DNA of 64,000 bases, from contig NC_091472.1 of the NCBI RefSeq assembly GCF_036971445.1, positions 187,860,001-187,924,000 on the forward strand, written 5' to 3'. Numbering within the stretch: the stretch's first letter is position 1; each line of letters opens with the position of its first letter. The notes under the pieces are model-generated. The model did not search any database. It had not been told where the DNA came from and was given only the letters and a program-made list of their open reading frames with translations. The position numbers and the translations under genes are program-made. Below are positions 26,101-36,100 of the stretch, piece by piece. This stretch comes from Narcine bancroftii (lineage: Eukaryota).

Positions 26101-29100
26101 AGTCAGCCTGAAGAAAACTGAGGTCCTCCATCAGCCAGCTCCCCACCATGACTACCAGCCCCCCCACATCTCCATCGGGCACACAAAACTCAAATGCCTA
26201 ACTATACGCTGTTTAAAAGACAAAAGACAGTGCAAAATGTAATTTGAAAAAAAAAGTATTGTGGTATTTAATTATGTAAAGTTCACTTTAATCAGGTGAT
26301 CTGCATAACTTACAAAATTTAAATTTGAACCCCGGTCACTGGCGATATAACAGTGTTGCGCAAGCCACTGCGCTAACTGTGAAGCCTTACTAAAGAAAAG
26401 GTAATGGTTCCATTATTGTCACATTATGCTACATTTAGAATGTAACATACATGAAATTCTTTAACTCTGTAAGGAAGACAAAGAGTCGCCACTTTATCCA
26501 GAACCTCTCACAGAAATGAGGTCCCATACAAATAAAGACACTTACCAGGCAGGTATAAGTAGATACTTTGGGAGGTCGCCCAGCAGTGAGCGGCATCGGC
26601 CGGCTCTTCATCCCGGACAATGTCATTTCATTCCAATGCAACTTTATTGAAAATTACCACTTTCCTCATATTACAACCCAACTCGCCTAAACGCAAGTCA
26701 GGACCTTGGCTCACCTTCCACACGCTGACAATCTGAAAAGAATGCAGATGCATTAAGGGGCATTGCTAGTTCAAGAGTGCAAATTTGCATGTGTCCCACG
26801 AAGTGTCGGCTCTTCCCCTGCGGGGCCCATCTAGCCAGCCTTATTAGTTCGGATTATTTATTTATTTGTTTCCCTTTCTTGTCGGTTGATTGAATTCCTG
26901 ATCACGATGACTTTACTGTATTTGTTGAATCTCTTCAGATTCTTCTCAATCTTACCTGCCAGAGCCACCTCATACCATTGTGGTCGTTTTGTTGTGCTCG
27001 GTGGTGTCGCTTACCTCTTTTTGGAAAGGCTAGCCACCTCCCTGTCGTGGCATCTTGTTGCTTGTTTGCTATTGATTTATGGATGATTTTATGGCCTCCT
27101 GTCTTAACCTTGATTGATAAAGCAAATATTGTGCAACATTATTTATGAAATTTGCATCTCCATTACATTATTTTATGTGTTCATGAGACAGTGGTTAAAT
27201 TGCTTAAACTATTCATTAAAATGTCATTGTCTGAATTGTATCACCGGGCAATGTCAATTATGTTGATAAATAACCTAGAGGAATGAATTGGGTAAATGTG
27301 TTTCCACAGAATTTATAAACTTGGCTCTCAAAGAGCTATTCTAATCCTGTTCTATATTTCATCAAATCACTTCAAATTTTAGTTTTTTTAATCATGTATT
27401 CTTGTTCTACATCCATTTTTGTGCACCAAAATTGTAACATAATATAATAAATAGCAGTATTTTTTTAAAAATTTTTGTTAATTTCTCATCATTTATTTTC
27501 TTGAAAATTGCTGCACTCATGAAATGATGGCCAATAGTATAAATTTAAATATATTGGAAACATTACCATTTGTGAAATCCAATGAAAAATGTTAACTTAA
27601 CAGTGATATTAGACATATTCATGTTATTCCTTTTTAATAAAAAAACTAAATGAACATTTTTAACATGTTTGGTAGATAGGAAATGGTAGTCTAACCAGAT
27701 AAAGGTCCAAATTAACTGATCAGCAATGGGAGTTCTGGAGATAAAGTTTGCTTAATTTGCCTTTAAATGAACTTTATCTCCAGAACCCCCATTACTAGAC
27801 ACACCTTTAGTTTGCAAAGATATATCTTGACATTGGTTGAAAATATTGAGCCCAAATCAGAATATCCTATACTCCCCTGAAGTCACTACCTGAGCATGCC
27901 AATGAAAAAGGATAATCTTGCATAATGTAACCAAGGACAGTGAAAATTTGTGAGCAGGTACTTCAGGGTGAGACATATGAACAAGGAAAAATGTTTTGGT
28001 ACAGTGTACCTTTAACACTAGCACTACTTTGAACCAATGATATAAAGCAAAAGCACATACTCTGTACATGAATTAACTGGGGATTTTTATTTCTCTCAGA
28101 CCAAACACAGTTCAAGCAAAAGGAGTTCTGATGCTAACTCGAACCTTGATAGTGTAAAGAAGCGCAAGTCTGAAAATATAGACACAAAAGCCTATGCTTA
28201 TGACATGGACATAGATTCAGGTACAACACTTTAATAGTTCATAGAAAAATTGAGATGCAAGTTTTGATATTCTGTTTTAGGAGGTTTGGTAGAAAATACA
28301 AAATTTTAAGACTGCTATTTCTTTCTAGTGGAGGAAGAAAACTCGTTGTTTTCTTGCATACTTCTGAGTGGTAAGCCACAAATTGTAAACAGGTCGTGCC
28401 TTGAAGTCTTATGGATCTATCCATATTCATGTCTACAATTGATTAAATTAAGTGTTTACTTCATATTGCAAATCGAGATATTTTCTTATAAAACTGTAAA
28501 CATTTAAAACTTATTTGTCTATTCCTAAATTAATGGGATCTCATTGCTTTTGGTGAAAAATCAAGAAATTATATTCTTTTGAGCTAGGTGATATTTGAAC
28601 AGTTTCAAAATAAAGATTGCTTCATGTGATTTACTAGCAAATTCTATGGTCATATCCATGTCTTAAGTTTAATGTGACAAAATGAGTTTATTATCTAACA
28701 ACGAATAATAGTTTCATGTAAGCATTACAATTAAGCTGGGAAAATTTACAGAAAGAAAATGATTTATGTGTATATGTTTTGACTCTAAAATTTTTAAAAG
28801 GAAGCTTAGTAGGACAAACAAACATGTAGCATTTCTTCACCTGTCAGATTGTTTTTTTTTAATTTTTACAATTTGTGTAGCCAGTAAATGAGATCAAGTT
28901 TTAGTTTCTATTAGCTGTTTTTGCATGATATGGTGTATATAGTTTAAAAGGGCAGGTCTGAAGTCAATTAAAATTCTTTATCTCTGTTATGGTTAAGAAT
29001 ACATCATTTGTCAAATTATATTATAACAGTATTTGTAATTTATTATGTTTGTAGTTTTGTTTCACTAGCATTACATTTATCAAAATGCCCTCAGAGAATT

Positions 29101-31833
29101 AGGTTTGCTTTCCAATCTGGCACATTTCACTTTGGAGTTCAAGGACCTATATTTCCTTGGTGGCTGCCTGCTTATTTCTCATCTGCATGCTGGGCTCCTC
29201 TAAAATCATTTGCAAACTATCAGATTTCATCCATATGCTGTCAAGCCAGTGAAGTTTATTGTCATCTGATTGTACAAGTACAACCCAACGAAACAGTGTT
29301 CTCCGGTCCTCAGTGCAAAACATGCAGACGCACAACCTGTCATAACACACATACAGACAAACAATACTATGCAGGACAATATTTCATCTTTACAAATAAA
29401 TAAATAGGTTTGTACATATGAGAGTATTGGATAGTTAGTGTGAGCAATTCCTTTGGTCGTTCAGCATTCTCATTGCTCGTGGGTAGAAGCTATCCTCAGC
29501 GTGGTGCTGGCTCTGATACTCCTGTATCTCCTCCTTGATGGGAGCAGCTCAAAGATGCTGTGTGCAGGATGGAAATGATCCTCAATGATTTTGCATCCCC
29601 TCTTCAGACAACAATCCCAGTAGATCACCTTGATGGGGCAGGGGGAGACTCCAGTGATCTTCTCTGCTACTCTATGATCTTGTGGATTGACCTGATCCAT
29701 TTCTCTGCAGCAAGCATATGATACAGCCAGCCAGGACAACCTTCAGAAGGTTGACGTAATAGTGGCTGGTAGCCTTGCCCGCTTCAGTCTTCTGTGAAGG
29801 GCTTTTGTGCCTTCCTGAGAAGTGAAGAAATGTTGTGTCCATGATATGAACTCCAAGGATCGGTGCTCTCCACTCTACTACAGAGTTGTTGATGTGTAGT
29901 GGAGGATGGTCATCCCTAGTCCTCCTGAAGTCCACGATCATTTATTTCTTCTTGCCCACGTAGAGACTCGAGTTATTACTCTCACACCATTTCATGAGAT
30001 TTTCCACCTCTTTTCTCTGTTGTGCATGGCTATCAAGACTTCTATCTCCATAACATCTGATTTAAACATCATTTTAGTTCATCCACTGCTCAGATTTTCA
30101 TCCATGTTTTTGTTAACTTCGAATATGACCATTTGAAGTGCTCCTGGCTATCTCACCTCTTGTATCAGTGTACTTATTTAACCCTCTGTTTTCCAAATGT
30201 TGCACAAAATCAACTTTATGCTTACTGTTTCCTGTTCAACAGCAGTTCAGAATTGATGATCATAAAAGTGTTTTCTAAATTCTTTACAGCTTTGCCCTTC
30301 TTGCCACTGTAACTATCTCAATCTCAGAGCCTTTTAGATATCAGGACTTAATTCTGGCACTTTCTACCCCAATTTTATTTTGCCGAACTATTGGCAGTCA
30401 TATTTGTTAACATCTGAAATCTTTTCTCCCCTTTCACCCCTCCTCCCACCACAACTTTTTTCCACCTTTCTGTTTGTCAGCATTCCCTTTATGTGCTCCT
30501 TTAGACCTTTTCAGAGTTATTGTCAAGAGTACATACATGACAGCAGAATTGCCACTAATTGATAGTGCAAAAAATAAACTACACAGTGTAAACAAATAAA
30601 ATAATTGTAAATGAATGACAATATCCATGGAAAGCGAAAAAGACAATATTTCAGATTATTTACGCTTCACCTTTGACCGTCAGCTTGAAAAGCTAGCTGC
30701 TTCTCTCTCAACAGATACTGTCTGATATGTTGAGCATTGCCAACATTTTCTGTTTTAGTTCAGATTTCAAGCAGGTTCAGTGTTTCGCTATTCCTTCAGA
30801 AATACCTTATTGTTCCCATGAATACTCTGGTGTTGGATACTAGATAAACTCAACGCCCTTAAGGTGTAGCCACTTTAATCATTGACACTATGGTTCCAGG
30901 ATAAAATGAACTTGTTCTGAAATTTTGTGGCTGAAGTTGAGAATTCAAGCTAATTACATTAACTTTATTTCTTCTGCAGATTCAGAATCTCAAAAGTCAT
31001 TCCATTCTCTTCCACCATTGCCTCCTGATTATCCAATAACTTCATCTCCACCACCTCTACCCAAAGGAACACCCCCTACTACACCACCTACATTTGTTCC
31101 ACCTGCACCACTTACTCCAACACGTTGGCCGCTTCCAAAAGATATGGTTCCCTCTACTCCTTCAACTTGTTCCTCACTTCAAGATGAAAGTACTCAATCA
31201 GTAACTCCCAAGATTGTGGACAAAATATTGGACGAAGATTTGTCATTGGAAGAACTGGAAGAGCAGCAGCGATTGATCTGGGCTGCTCTGGAACGAACTG
31301 AAGGTACTACTAGTGAGACAGAAGGTCCTTGTGATTCTCCTTTAACCAAGAGTTCAGACAATTCCTCACCCACAATAGCTCAACAGGACAACTGTATGGA
31401 AATAGAGATGAATAATAAATTGGGGAAAGTTGAATTTATCCCCGCGAGTCCAATTGCTGAAGCATCTTCCATCGACTCGAGAGAAGAACCAGTCAATTCA
31501 TTGAGAAACTCTCAGCACAGGGAAGAGAACCCTCAATCTGAGAACTCTGGAATAGAAACAGAGAGCAGTGGAACCATTCAAGGTTCAACCCCTATTTCTA
31601 CAGAACCTATTGGAGGAAACCAAGTATGTTCAGAGAAAACAGATGAAGCTGGCACCAGTGCAGCTGGTTCAGAAATACAGCAGAAGAGAATTTCTGCAGT
31701 GCCCGACATGAGTAAATTTGCCACTGGAATCACACCTTTTGAATATGACAATCTTTCTGAAGCAACCGGAACTTACCTTAAACTCAGGAGCTTGTTGAAG
31801 AATTTTCCAAGAAACAAAACGAAAAATAAATAA
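4927..31833 (+). CDS. ZCCHC8: Zinc finger CCHC domain-containing protein 8 (NEXT complex scaffold), 14 exons, 722 aa
   Basis: Spliced CDS 2169 nt in one frame. N-terminus DFGDRKLFEAFE; zinc knuckle CFNCGSTEHQLKDC; PSP domain LPPFIYRMRQLGYPPGWL; LEELEEQQRLIWAAL; C-terminal PDMSKFATGITPFEYDN..EATGTYLKLRSLLKN.PRN. Confidence 0.96.
6690..7225 (-). mobile_element. Degenerate CR1-like LINE fragment
   Basis: Reverse strand shows KCEVLHFG and related CR1 RT remnants. Confidence 0.5.
7361..8590 (-). mobile_element. Old RTE-clade LINE fragment, (ATG)n tail
   Basis: Frameshifted ORFs with ADDAALVAH, FGLEVSLK, LERFHQ.CL; 3' tail gccatgatgatgatt. Confidence 0.85.
8760..8802 (+). CDS. ZCCHC8: ZCCHC8 exon 2
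   Basis: AC acceptor after TTCCTTAAA branch; RELKRKLNLLTRP; gtaaac donor. Confidence 0.92.
9139..9213 (+). CDS. ZCCHC8: ZCCHC8 exon 3
   Basis: DGPMVQILFMNNNISK; ag/gtaagt. Confidence 0.92.
9325..9430 (+). CDS. ZCCHC8: ZCCHC8 exon 4
   Basis: QFHQEIEDFI...TSFNLNPQ; ag/gt. Confidence 0.92.
9515..9592 (+). CDS. ZCCHC8: ZCCHC8 exon 5
   Basis: PSSVLLEE...KDAFH; ag/gtaagt. Confidence 0.9.
10015..10903 (-). mobile_element. Degenerate Gypsy-type LTR retrotransposon remnant (partial LTR - internal - LTR - gag start)
   Basis: Direct repeat 10259-10381 / 10789-10903; LTR TGTGGC...ACTACA at 10381-10143; gag-like AVSLKLLTFWTSQPQVWFEQAE. Confidence 0.75.
11535..12480 (+). mobile_element. Rex1/Babar-like LINE fragment
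   Basis: ILDFLIGRPQSV, TGAPQGCVL, WC..HNLALNVSKTKEMIVDFRR, FKFLGV. Confidence 0.85.
12880..13065 (-). mobile_element. Degenerate V-SINE-like fragment
   Basis: gggaggaaac...aacccac...tgcaaactc.acaca pattern typical of antisense V-SINE cores (from recall). Confidence 0.45.
13444..13547 (+). CDS. ZCCHC8: ZCCHC8 exon 6
   Basis: VVGSVQYFTSFCLDKLGQPLLNENPQLTNGWEIPK; ends at U12 donor GTATCCTA. Confidence 0.94.
13930..14755 (+). mobile_element. Penelope-like element fragment (GIY-YIG region and tail)
   Basis: FTCESAGIIYC..CSRCALLYI.ETG..L.EHL remnants; tail tagatgctg..tgacctgctgagtttctcca. Confidence 0.75.
14922..14987 (+). CDS. ZCCHC8: ZCCHC8 exon 7
   Basis: YQQVFAQVVSLDGQEVELKAKR; U12-like branch TTCCTGAAT close to the AG. 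Confidence 0.92.
15094..15154 (+). CDS. ZCCHC8: ZCCHC8 exon 8 (CCHC zinc knuckle)
   Basis: PKSCCFNCGSTEHQLKDCPK. Confidence 0.95.
16213..16343 (+). CDS. ZCCHC8: ZCCHC8 exon 9
   Basis: PRDLARISEKRKEFM...QRYH...KFKPGVIS. Confidence 0.93.
16671..16813 (+). CDS. ZCCHC8: ZCCHC8 exon 10 (PSP domain)
   Basis: EELKEALG...LPPFIYRMRQLGYPPGWL...SGLALYDGK. Confidence 0.95.
17531..18065 (-). mobile_element. Partial Chapaev3-like (CMC) DNA transposon
   Basis: Starts TAA|CACTGGACAACAA; diverged copy of 19577-20090. Confidence 0.6.
18405..19300 (-). mobile_element. Degenerate L1/Tx1-like 3' region
   Basis: AT-rich 3' UTR plus F.K.WGPF-type ORF2 C-terminal remnant near 19170-19270. Confidence 0.4.
19577..20353 (-). 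mobile_element. Internally deleted Chapaev3-like (CMC) DNA transposon
   Basis: Imperfect TIRs CACTGGACAACAA / TTGTTGTTCAGTG; transposase remnant KAYELYLGFKIGDQDKPWAPHICCATC. Confidence 0.7.
20650..21330 (+). mobile_element. Degenerate CR1-like LINE 3' fragment
   Basis: RDL...V....KV..QVQQV, LMRPHL.HC, RR.RRDL remnants. Confidence 0.6.
21619..21743 (+). CDS. ZCCHC8: ZCCHC8 exon 11
   Basis: SYDTSKLIDYAGFN; ag/gtaagc; phases match. Confidence 0.9.
22320..22986. mobile_element. Non-autonomous pogo/Tigger-like DNA transposon
   Basis: TA|CAGTAAAAC ... GTTTTACTG|TA termini. Confidence 0.7.
23205..23291 (+). CDS. ZCCHC8: ZCCHC8 exon 12
   Basis: EWRLYGSIPMQ; cag/gtaagt. Confidence 0.92.
23500..25160 (-). 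mobile_element. CR1-like LINE (continues at ~26921-26990)
   Basis: VDVVYMDFSKAFDKVHYGRLVQKV..HGI; LY..LVR.H.EFC; interrupted at a TA by a Tigger-like element. Confidence 0.85.
25257..26192 (-). mobile_element. Young RTE-clade LINE, 5'-truncated with 5' inversion
   Basis: Intact C-terminal ORF (QLRWVGHVSRMEDHRLPKIVLYGEL...CSRCNRVCLSRIGLVSH); TSD AATGCCTAACT at 25246-25256 and 26193-26203. Confidence 0.92.
26395..26523 (-). mobile_element. 5'-truncated copy of the tRNA-Thr-derived SINE
   Basis: Reverse complement matches the body and tail of 53486-53600. Confidence 0.7.
27722..27796. repeat. Inverted repeat: 27-bp arms, 21-nt spacer
   Basis: agcaatgggagttctggagataaagtt / aactttatctccagaacccccattact, 2 mismatches. 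Confidence 0.85.
28100..28220 (+). CDS. ZCCHC8: ZCCHC8 exon 13
   Basis: KKRKSE...DMDIDS; ag/gt; phases match. Confidence 0.88.
29245..30015 (-). mobile_element. Rex1-like LINE 3' fragment
   Basis: EMIVDFRR, HPAHSIFELLPS.RRYRSIR; tail gatgacaataaac. Confidence 0.8.
30980..31833 (+). CDS. ZCCHC8: ZCCHC8 exon 14 (last coding exon)
   Basis: cttctgcag acceptor; PPPLPKGTPP, LEELEEQQRLIWAAL, conserved C-terminal motif; TAA at 31831-31833. Confidence 0.95.
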
Positions 31834-33086
31834 GCATTTTAAAAACTGAAATTTTTGGGATCAAAGGCTTCCTTGTCATGTTACCACCGTTTACCATAAA
31901 TGGAGTGTTTTTCCCCCCCCCCCCCCCCCCAATACGACCTCACTTCAGCAATTTGCTGCAGAGCAAATGGTTTTGGTGGAACATGTCAACAATCTGGATG
32001 TCAGTCCTCCTTGAAAATTTAAAGTTGGTAACGAATGAAAGTGTTTGGTCTTAAAGAAAGATGGTTCTTCGTGTAACACAAGTATTCACGTTTAAAGAGG
32101 CATTTGTTGAATTAGTCCTTTACGCATGGTTTCAGAATTTCTCACATGGAATTAAGTGTACAGTGGATTTTTACTCATTTCTTCATTTTTGTTTATAAAG
32201 CAATACACATTTTTGATATTACCAAGGTAATTTTATATATTCCTGCCATGGATTTTAGTGTACAGTATTTTAAATCCTAATAACTAAATATTGAAATTGT
32301 CAGGGATTACCAGGGCTGATTTCAGGTATTTTATGAATATCCACAAATGCTTTAGTTTTTTAAAGCTGGTTCTACCTTTGTAACGCTGTTCTTTGGAAGG
32401 AGTACACAACCTTGGACTATGAGAATATGATGAACAATTGAACTATTACATGTTTTAGTATTTTGTGACTGCATTAAATGGCATTGGAATTTGCAGAAAA
32501 TGTAATCTTGGTCACAATCCTTTTTAATTGTGGCAAAAGATGCCCTTTTGTGAAAATCATAATTGAGCTACCATGTGGGCAATTGTGAATTCCTGGCTAC
32601 AACTTTGAGGCCTTTCTTATATATCCTTGGAATTTTTGTTAGCTGAATAACAAACTCCACCCGTACAGCATTGAGTGTCATTTTCTTACAAGGTTTTAGC
32701 CACATGAAAAAAGTAAAATTAAATTAGTTAGAATTAAGTCTGTTAAGGCTATTGCTTGTTTAAGAAACTAAGAAGAGGACATCCCAGCAAATGTCCATCT
32801 TAGGATCAAAATCAAATGGTTATGCTCAAAATTATATGATCATTTTGCACTTTTGATAACTGGCTTTTGTATTGGACATCACAATCAAAAATTAATTGAA
32901 GTCGAGCTTTCCTTTTTCATTCAACCTTTTCACTTTGTTCACATCTCAAGATGTACTCTGACACTTTAAAATTGTTAAAGTTCTGTTTAAATGTCTAGAA
33001 TGTGCTTTTTGAGCTGCAGGATGTGAATGGGTCACATCTTCCTGCAGGTTGTAAATTTTGTATTGATCTACAATGATGGCTTTCGT

Positions 33087-33121
33087 ATCACTTCTCGGCC
33101 TTTTGGCTAAGATCAAGTGTA
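33087..33121 (+). pseudogene. RNU2: 3'-truncated U2 snRNA retrocopy (U2 nt 1-35)
   Basis: ATCACTTCTCGGCCTTTTGGCTAAGATCAAGTGTA, 34/35 to the U2 5' end as recalled; direct repeats ATGGCTTTCG at 33076-33085 and 33125-33134. Confidence 0.9.
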
Positions 33122-36100
33122 AAAATGGCTTTCGATGGTCCAGACTACTATCGATTTCTGCAGTCCAATAATCGAACTTTGCAGCAGGCCAGAAAGCTAT
33201 CTCTTTAAGAGAAGTCACAGAAAGAACAAGAAAATAAATTGGGGTAGAGGGAGGGAACATAAAAAAACATTGTTGTGTTATGGTCTACATATTGGAAGAG
33301 ACATCAGTGATGCTGGCAAAAATATACTTCCTTGTAATGACAATGTCTTGTGTTAAAATTATTTACTTTTACTTTTCTCATGTAACTAAAATGGTATAAA
33401 CCAAAGCAAAAATTAATGCAAGTCATTCCCTAACTTCATACATTGTGAACTTTTGATTCCTCATTTAGTGGTGTGGAATTGAAGCTTTGGAAAGTGTGCT
33501 GGAGACCGTCACAGACGATCTGAGCATTAAATATCTTGGTTATTAAGATGGATAGAGTTTGTTCTTTGCACTTCAGATCATCCTTGACTGAACATTGTAA
33601 ACCAAGGAAGGAAATTGATTGTATTGTTTGTTTTGATTAAGTAGGAAGGATGCAGGGTCACAATTTTAGCTTGTGCAAAGTCAAATCTACTTTTCCCAGA
33701 GAATAAATCTTCTGGAATGGTCTGCTGTTTTGGTCATGCATACTTGATGCACAGAATTTCTTCAAGCAAGTGTTGGATCAAATTCTCGTTAGATATTATC
33801 TCTTAGGAAAATTTAAAGCTTGAAGGATTAGAGGTTGGGGAGGAAAACCCCAGTTGTTTCCATCTTAATATAGCCTGGTTTACCTTTTTTATTAATGCCC
33901 CTTGTGCTGACTGAACCACATCAGGACATCTCATGAGATATAGCATGAGGCATATATCTCAGAGAAACATAAGTTATTGATCACAAATAGTGAACCAACT
34001 CGCCTCTTATTTGGTCTGGGGCGGGGGGAGGAGGGCTTTGCTCACTTATAATACAAGATGCTATTAATCTAAAACATAAAACTGGAAATATTTTTTAAAA
34101 ATCAGTCCTGAATTAAGAGTTTTTAATTTTCCATTTTCATCAAAATTGAATCTTGCACCTGACATTATTTCTATTTTGATTTTTATCAATTGACCAGTAT
34201 ATCAAAAATTTTATGTGACATGCATTTTCAGTCTAAAAATAATAAGAATATTTGTACATCAATATTGACATTGAATTTCATTGGTCGCTAGAAATAGAGG
34301 CATCCATTGTGTGCGTCTCGGGCCTCTGGTTTCATTGAAGTTATTGTCTCAATAGCTACTTGCATGTTCTCATAATCATACTTACCTAGAAATGGATAAT
34401 TCCATGGCAGCATAATTTGGTAGCTATTTAAGTCTGTGGCAACGAGTAGGAGAAAACCTGAAGGAAGTCAAACAGATCCAGCTCTGGGATGGGTAGTGAC
34501 TGACCTGTGAGAATGGAACTACCAATTGAATACTGTTGATTACAGGGGAGGCATGGTTTGCTATTGACATCTGGAAATCATTGGAGGTATTGGGCTGAAA
34601 TATGGGTAGTAAGTCGAGCAAAGTGTCATGTGGGATCAATAGTTGCATTGTGGTTAAGAATCAGCATTTTTCAGGTCAAGAGATTACTGTGAACAGCACA
34701 TTAGCACTCTAAGGTGATAACTGGAGAAGGGGGAATCGGGGAATAAGGCAAAGCTTGTGAGCTAGTGGAAGAGGTAGACATGCAAAGGAACCCATTAATA
34801 TGATGTGTTTAACTTCAAAGTAGACCCATTTCAGATGGGTCCACGGTACTTTATGGGCTGGGTCTTCCAAGTGCTGTGAAGGCTTGTTTCTGTTTGAGAG
34901 AACAGTGTTGTCCACAGGCTCCACTGTTGTATGTTATTTAAAATTAAGGAAATACCACTGAAATGTGTTTGGTACCACTATTGTTGGGCTCCAACATGTG
35001 TTAGACATGGAAGATCTGGAAGGAAAATTGTGAACCCTGGTCATTTGTGATTTTACTTTTGAAATTGAATTGTCCCGATTTTAAAAAAATATGGGGCTAT
35101 ACAATTCAGTTTTAAAATAATGATGTGTTGACTTCTTTATACTTCTCTAATAAATTCACCAGCATGGGAAATTGCACGCCATTGCACTCTTAAATTGGGT
35201 GAATATTTTCTTACATATCTTTCAGCTAGTTTAAACATAGGAAAATATGTTCATAATTTTCTATTTGTATATCAAGACATTTATATTGGAAGTTTGTTGG
35301 CCAAGACCTAATTGTGTTCATCCTCATTCTCCAAAACCTGTGATAATATCTGTACTAGGAATGAGTATTGAAAGAATAATGTAATGAATGACGAAAGAAT
35401 TTCCAGCTTGCATTTTCTTGACCAACACATACTAGCCCTCCCAGTAGATGCAACCACTTTTTAAAAAATCTATTGTTTTCCTGCTATTCAGGTCCCAACA
35501 TTTCTATATGAATCCATAACCTTCTGTACTACTTTCAGTTCAAACTTTTTTTTAATTTAACTACTTTTTATGTTATGTCCTCTATATTGGTGAGTCCAAA
35601 CTCAGGTGGATAACTGCAATGTAGAATACTGCAGGCATGACCCTGATTGACTCCTACTACATTTTTCCATTTCATACCTATTGTCACCTTGATCCTTGGC
35701 TTTCCAATGAAATTCAACTTAACCTCAATCAACTCAGCTCATGTTAACTGAGTACAAACTTCAGACTAAAGTTCTGCAGTGCATTTGAGTATATTTTTTT
35801 TCTGGATTTTGGACATTCCATTGAGATAATTTCATTTTCTTCAACTGCAGTTATTTTGTACATCAACTTTTACCCTCTCTCATCTATTCCGTTCTATCAC
35901 TCGTTGCCTTTTCTCCAATTTCTATGCAAATTATCCAATGAAACTATCCAATTATTCCCAGTTCCGTTGAATGTTAACTGTCCTGAAACATGAAGTACTT
36001 GCATATCCATAGACTGCCTGATGTACTGATCATTATAATAGGTTCTGGTTTATTTTTAATTCAGATTTCTAAAATTGCAATAATTTGCTTTTTAATATTT

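Larger units (their letters stand above)
25163..26918. mobile_element. pogo/Tigger-like DNA transposon hosting an RTE and SINE pieces
   Basis: TA|CAGTAGAATC ... GACTTTACTG|TA; internal similarity to 22320-22986. Confidence 0.6.

Noticed and set aside
30925-30979. N-terminal part of the 302-aa ORF
   Set aside because: Intronic; the real exon starts after the acceptor at 30980
33087-33121. Functional U2 gene or U2-targeting retroelement site
   Set aside because: Only 35 nt, no Sm site, no element attached, and flanked by a TSD
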